In this document: piece by piece, positions 59,413 to 64,000 of the stretch
How the letters are laid out: every line of letters starts with the position of its first letter
How positions within the stretch are numbered: position 1 is the stretch's first letter
Notes under the pieces: model-generated
What the model was told of the DNA's origin: nothing
The model's input: the letters and a program-made list of their open reading frames with translations, nothing else
Databases searched by the model: none
Assembly (NCBI GenBank): GCA_041697335.1
Contig: JBGUGD010000001.1
Coordinates: 64,001 to 128,000 of the forward strand
DNA from: Vampirovibrionaceae bacterium NZW_1234
GTDB taxonomy: Bacteria > Cyanobacteriota > Vampirovibrionia > Vampirovibrionales > JAGQHJ01
Length of the DNA: 64,000 nt
Direction: 5' to 3'
Program-made: the position numbers and the translations under genes

Positions 59413-60310
59413 GGTTATTGTTGTTGCAGGCCCGACAGCCACGGGGAAGACCCGTGTGGGCGCAAGTATTGCCAAGCACTTGGGCTCCGAAGTCATTTCG
59501 GCGGATTCCCAATTGGTGTATCAGGAGCTGTCCATTGGTGTGGCCAAGCCCACGGCTGAGGAAATGCACGGGGTGGTCCACCACATGATCGATGTGGTTA
59601 CTCCGACGGAGCAGTTTTCTGCGGGACAATATGCGGATATGGCTCGGCCTATTCTGGAACGATTGCTTTCGGAAGGGCGATCGCCTGTTGTTGTAGGTGG
59701 CACCGGGTTTTATATCCGAGCCTTGCTCCAGCCCGGCCATATTCCCCAGGTGCCTGTGGATGAGGCCTATCGGGCGCAGTTGCGAGACCGCCTGGCGGAG
59801 GAGGGACCCGAAGCCTTGTATCAGGAGCTGCTGGTGCGGGATCCCCAACGAGCGTCTCAATTGCATCCCAATGATACGGTTCGGGTGATCCGGGCGCTGG
59901 AGATTATTGAAGCGACCGGAAAGCCAGTGGAAGCCAGCCCCGTGGAACCTGTCTACCCTACGCGGGCCATTGGGCTTCGCTATGCCGATCGGGAGCGCCA
60001 GTGGGCCCAGATCAATCGGCGTCTGGAGGCCATGATGGCTGAAGGTTTTTTGGAAGAGGCCCGACAGGTGTATGGCCGCTACGGGTTTTGTGAAGCACTG
60101 CATAATGCCCATGGGTACCCAGAGCTGATTCAGGTCCTGGAAGGGCAACGCACTCTGGAGGATGCCATTGGCCAGATACAGATCAATATTCGCCAGTACA
60201 GCAAGCGCCAATTGACATGGTTTAATCGTTTTCCCGGTATTCAGTGGTATTGTGTCGACCAGATGGGGTTGGATGAAGTTGTTACGGATGTCGTTGCTTT
60301 ATATCGTTGA
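59393..60310 (+). CDS. miaA: tRNA dimethylallyltransferase
   Basis: GPTATGKT, SADSQLVY, IGVAKP, VGGTGFY, RVIRALE, YSKRQLTWF. Confidence 0.96.
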   Translation: MPKQPPEVIVVAGPTATGKTRVGASIAKHLGSEVISADSQLVYQELSIGVAKPTAEEMHGVVHHMIDVVTPTEQFSAGQYADMARPILERLLSEGRSPVVVGGTGFYIRALLQPGHIPQVPVDEAYRAQLRDRLAEEGPEALYQELLVRDPQRASQLHPNDTVRVIRALEIIEATGKPVEASPVEPVYPTRAIGLRYADRERQWAQINRRLEAMMAEGFLEEARQVYGRYGFCEALHNAHGYPELIQVLEGQRTLEDAIGQIQINIRQYSKRQLTWFNRFPGIQWYCVDQMGLDEVVTDVVALYR

Positions 60311-60770
60311 CCCGGGCAGGGGATCTTCCTTAAGATGACTGGTGTCGTAATTTTGTTGACTGTCTTGATTTGATTTTTTGTTTTCCGAGTTGTTTTGTTT
60401 GTAAGGAGCGATAGTGAGTTGGTCTGGCAGGAGCGCCCGTTTCATGTCTCTGAAGACACCCGGCTCCCGGTAACACAACCCTTGAAGGACATGACCTTTA
60501 TTCACTGTCCCATGACGGTTGCCTTGCGTACTCGCACGCCGATTTACAAGGACTATGTCCTGTCCTCGGAACCCTATTTGCTGAATTAGGCTGGCGATGC
60601 CCTGCCCTTTAGTTGGGTTGGTGAGTCAGGATGCCTCCAGAATTTAAAAAAAAAGAAAGAGCAGGCTGTTTGGGAGAGGGCAGGGGATGTAACAGCGCTG
60701 CTCTTATTCTGCTTATTGTGCTGATAATCTGTGAGTGTTTGCGATAGCTTGAAGAGAGGGGATAGGTGTG

Positions 60771-61610
60771 TTATTTCCAGAGCCGTTTCCAGGCACTTGA
60801 GATTTTTTGCCCAACAGCCGATGCCGCATTGGAGACCTTTTCAGCGGCAGTGCTGACGGCATTGGAAATCTGGCTTGAGGAGACTTTGCCTACACCTGGA
60901 ATAGTGGCTGTAACGCCTTCCTTGGTGCTGTAGCCGACACCGACTTCAACGCCCTTGATTTTGACCGAGGCGTCAACAAATTCGCCTCGCTCCTCAGACT
61001 TTCCGGCAGTGACGCCCACTTCGGCATTCAACTTCTTGCCCAGGCCGACTTCGACTTTGGCCTCGACCGACTTTTCGCCGGGCTTGTCGGTGACAATGAC
61101 ACTGGGACTGCAGCTGACCGGGCCAACTTTTCCTTCCACCTTGGCCCCGTATTTGCCGTCTTCGCCGGTGTATACTGTGGCGGCCCCGCCTACGGACGCA
61201 TCGATTCCGGCGACACCGACTTTGCCGATGGCAGCGACTTCGGTTTTTTCTTTGCTGACGTTGGCGCCAAGTTTTGCGGAACCTTCCAACGGAACACCTT
61301 CAAATGTTGTGGTGCTTTTCACCTCGGCCATGGCGCCAACGCCGTCTTTGGCATTGCAGTTGGCTTTGGCACTTGCGCCCAAGGAGCCGGTCATGTCATA
61401 GCCGTTTACCTTGGCTTTCCAGTCCGCCCCGGCAGCAGCACCGGCCTTGGGGCCATCTGCGCCATTCGAGGCATAGGCCTCGGTGGTGATTTTTTCATCG
61501 TAATTTGTGACGTTGATCTTTTTTTCAGCAGGCTTCCTGTCCGAAGGAACTGCATGCAACGGCGCGCCATAGCTTTTCGCATATGGCTTTACCCCTGAGG
61601 ATAAGCTCAT
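60771..61610 (-). CDS. Hypothetical Gly/Ala/Val/Lys-rich beta-repeat protein
   Basis: GGAGG RBS; alternating hydrophobic strands; amphipathic C-terminal helix. Confidence 0.75.
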   Translation of the reverse strand: MSLSSGVKPYAKSYGAPLHAVPSDRKPAEKKINVTNYDEKITTEAYASNGADGPKAGAAAGADWKAKVNGYDMTGSLGASAKANCNAKDGVGAMAEVKSTTTFEGVPLEGSAKLGANVSKEKTEVAAIGKVGVAGIDASVGGAATVYTGEDGKYGAKVEGKVGPVSCSPSVIVTDKPGEKSVEAKVEVGLGKKLNAEVGVTAGKSEERGEFVDASVKIKGVEVGVGYSTKEGVTATIPGVGKVSSSQISNAVSTAAEKVSNAASAVGQKISSAWKRLWK

Positions 61611-62101
61611 ACTATATAGCCTCCAATGTCCAGCCTAGTCGTAATATCTAAAGAAACGAGTAATATTTGTATTAATATAAAAATAATTATTGAAAGATTT
61701 TTGATAGCGGAATTCGGCTGAGTTAATTGTTATAAAAACAATCAATTGCTGGGCACTTTTGAAAAGAACCTGGTGGCGTGATTCGAGAAGTCTTTTGGAT
61801 CGGATACCCAGTTTGAGGCACAGGTCTCTGAAATGCGAAGTTTTTTTAAGTATCCGTACTTTGTCTTACCTCTGGATTTGAGAAAGATATAAGCCGCGGC
61901 TGCACTCGTTTTGCACAGCCTGACCGCCTGGTCAGGTGAACCGATGAGGCGGGTGAGGGGCCTCTGGTTTTTTGTCGACATGATGAATTGAAAACATCGA
62001 TTTTCAGCGTGCATCATAGGGAATGGTATACGGTGAAAACGCTTCAGCCTGATTGATAGTGGGCTGAGCCGTTCTGAAACTATTAATTAAGAGGAGGGTC
62101 T

Positions 62102-62368
62102 ATGGTTCCGCATTCCAAAGATGAATTGCAACAACGTAAGGAAGAGCTTCAGAAAAACGCTGAGATTGCCTATACGCAAGTTCCAACCCAGGAAGAGATG
62201 CTGAATGGAGGCAAGCCCGTTGAAAAACCGGCCGATAAAGAAGAGAATCTGAAAAAAACCGAGAAGTCCCAGGAGACGGGGCACAAGCATCACGACCAGG
62301 CGTTAGCCCAGGATATTGATGAGGCGCTTTACGAAGCGGCGCAACAAGGCAATATTGGCGGTGATTAG
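62102..62368 (+). CDS. Hypothetical acidic small protein
   Basis: GAGGAGG RBS; 88 aa. Confidence 0.7.
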   Translation: MVPHSKDELQQRKEELQKNAEIAYTQVPTQEEMLNGGKPVEKPADKEENLKKTEKSQETGHKHHDQALAQDIDEALYEAAQQGNIGGD

Positions 62369-63492
62369 GACTTGGGCTTGGGTTTTGCGCTTTTTTGCAG
62401 GGGACGATTTTGTTCGTCCAGTTCAAAAATCCAGCGTGATAAGGCATAGGCCGTGTTCAAAATAATAAGCGATACGCTGTCGCCAGGTTGAATATTAACT
62501 TCCTGTTTGTCCTCTTGACGTGTGGCTCGCTTAAAGCCTTCGCTGAGATCGGCATTGGCGGCTGTGTTCTCCGCATTGCTTGAACTGGTGGATGTTTCCT
62601 GAGCTGCTCCTCCCGAGTTCAAGAGCGACGTGTCAAAGATTGCCGCAGGCAGACCGTCTTTTGCCAACTGTTCGTTGGTCTTGTCTTTCAATATCGGAAG
62701 AATTGGGGCGGCAATTTTTTCATGAAACATCAAAACACCCACTTGCAAGGGCTCATACTGTGAGACCACGATTTTGAAACGGCCCAAGGTGTTGGTTTCC
62801 AGATACATGACGACCGACATATCACGTTCCTGGCCTTCTTCGCCGCCACTGCCGTCTTCAAAGGACAGGTCCATTTTCTGGGGTGGTACCAGGGGATAAA
62901 TGGGCAGGTAAAGCAGTACGAGGGTTTCGGTCGCGTGCATGGGGGATTGCTTTATTTTCTCACTCATCTTGTCAAGGGTCTTCACCAGCTCGGCCACTTG
63001 CGGGCCACTTTGGGTTTGACTGATGGGAGAGGCCTGAAGGAGTTTCATGAGCTTGGATTTGGCTTCATCCGTATTTTTTCCCAGGAGCTTCTGCATCTCA
63101 TCCAGGGGAATGGTTAATTCGTTGGCATTGTCTTGAATGACCTGTTTAAGTGTTTGTTTCAGGCTTTTTTTCAACGTTTCGGGCGTGGCTTCCAGGGCCA
63201 TCATCATCAGTGTGGTCCGAAGCTCTTCGGGAAGCTTCATGGCATCTTTCAAAAAAGTTGCAACCTCATCGGCCGGAAGACGTACCGATTCATCGGCAAA
63301 CAAAGCCGCCATGGTGAGCTTGGCAAGCTGTTGCTGCAACGTGGGAGGCCCTGTTGGAATGGGAGTGCTGGGAACGCCAATGTCGTTTGAACCGCCACTA
63401 ATCAGTTGCTGCGCCTGGCTCAGCAAGTTTACAAGATTGAATTTGGGAAAACCGGCGTTTGACATCATCAGCCTCATCGCGCTCTTGTTCAT
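62365..63492 (-). CDS. Hypothetical protein with FliK/SctP-like C-terminal region
   Basis: Helical Leu/Gln-rich N-part then LYLPIYPL and VMYLETNTLGRFKIVV, resembling the hook-length-control C domain; exact start uncertain. Confidence 0.5.
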   Translation of the reverse strand: MNKSAMRLMMSNAGFPKFNLVNLLSQAQQLISGGSNDIGVPSTPIPTGPPTLQQQLAKLTMAALFADESVRLPADEVATFLKDAMKLPEELRTTLMMMALEATPETLKKSLKQTLKQVIQDNANELTIPLDEMQKLLGKNTDEAKSKLMKLLQASPISQTQSGPQVAELVKTLDKMSEKIKQSPMHATETLVLLYLPIYPLVPPQKMDLSFEDGSGGEEGQERDMSVVMYLETNTLGRFKIVVSQYEPLQVGVLMFHEKIAAPILPILKDKTNEQLAKDGLPAAIFDTSLLNSGGAAQETSTSSSNAENTAANADLSEGFKRATRQEDKQEVNIQPGDSVSLIILNTAYALSRWIFELDEQNRPLQKSAKPKPKS

Positions 63493-63554
63493 TATCGACG
63501 GTAAAGCAGAAAACGTGAATTCCTGAAAAGAGCGACTCTGGGTATAATATATGC

Positions 63555-64000
63555 ATGAAGTTGTTTTCCACTTATTTTTTGCTTGTGTTGGGTCTGGTCC
63601 TGGCCGTCAGTGCATTGGGCTGTCGTACCACCTTGCCTGAGAAGTCCACCGATCTGCTCCACTCGGTGCAGCAGCGGGATCAGATTATTGTGGGGACCAA
63701 ATACGATTCGCCCCCTTTTGGGTATCTGGATAAAGATGGCCAGTTGAAGGGGCTGGAAGTGGAGCTGGCTCACGAAATTGCCAAGCGCCTTTTGGGTGAT
63801 CCGAACAAAGTCAAGTTTGTTCAGGTGAACTCGTCCACTCGGGTTGCCGCCTTGAACGCTCGCCACGTGGACTTTGTCCTGGCAACAATGACGATTACTC
63901 CAGAGCGTAAACAAGTGGTGAATTTTACCGAGCCCTATTACAAATCGGCCCAGGCCATTATGGTTCGTGAAAATTCCGGTATTACCTCCATCAATGACTT
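63555..64000 (+). CDS. Polar amino-acid ABC transporter substrate-binding lipoprotein (3'-truncated)
   Basis: Manual translation MKLFSTY..ALGC lipobox; VGTKYDSPPFGY, GLEVELA, ATMTITPERKQVVNFTEPYY. Confidence 0.9.
   Translation, partial: MKLFSTYFLLVLGLVLAVSALGCRTTLPEKSTDLLHSVQQRDQIIVGTKYDSPPFGYLDKDGQLKGLEVELAHEIAKRLLGDPNKVKFVQVNSSTRVAALNARHVDFVLATMTITPERKQVVNFTEPYYKSAQAIMVRENSGITSIND

Noticed and set aside
60311..60770. hfq expected after miaA
   Set aside because: No Hfq-like ORF seen; the short ORFs here lack support

Overview
Chromosomal window from a non-photosynthetic member of the cyanobacterial phylum, most likely Vampirovibrionia/Melainabacteria. This is inferred from cyanobacteria-like housekeeping blocks (TMEM14-yggS-sepF; rplQ-truA-rplM-rpsI), the absence of photosynthesis genes here, a type III export-gate cluster and an MGxAASQAR-type small protein. 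Housekeeping genes include gmk, ppc, tadA, relA/spoT, uppP, mtnP, thyX, crcB, add, the rpsM-rpsK-rpsD-rpoA-rplQ-truA-rplM-rpsI operon, hom-thrC, comF, miaA and tRNA-Lys(UUU). No transposase, prophage or CRISPR array is evident. Two candidate undescribed systems stand out. (1) A stand-alone FliN/SctQ-FliO-FliP-FliQ-FliR export cluster with injectisome-like features. It is accompanied across the window by a FliK-like gene, many signal-peptide-less low-complexity (harpin-like) proteins, proteins sharing an N-terminal (I/L)(R/K)F(G/S) motif, and shared upstream DNA motifs. (2) A tandem family of three small non-coding RNA cassettes at 35.4-36.5 kb with an invariant 21-nt core, plus further sRNA candidates and CA-rich/GU-rich complementary UTR elements. 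Functional interpretations are inferences; no searches or folding programs were run.
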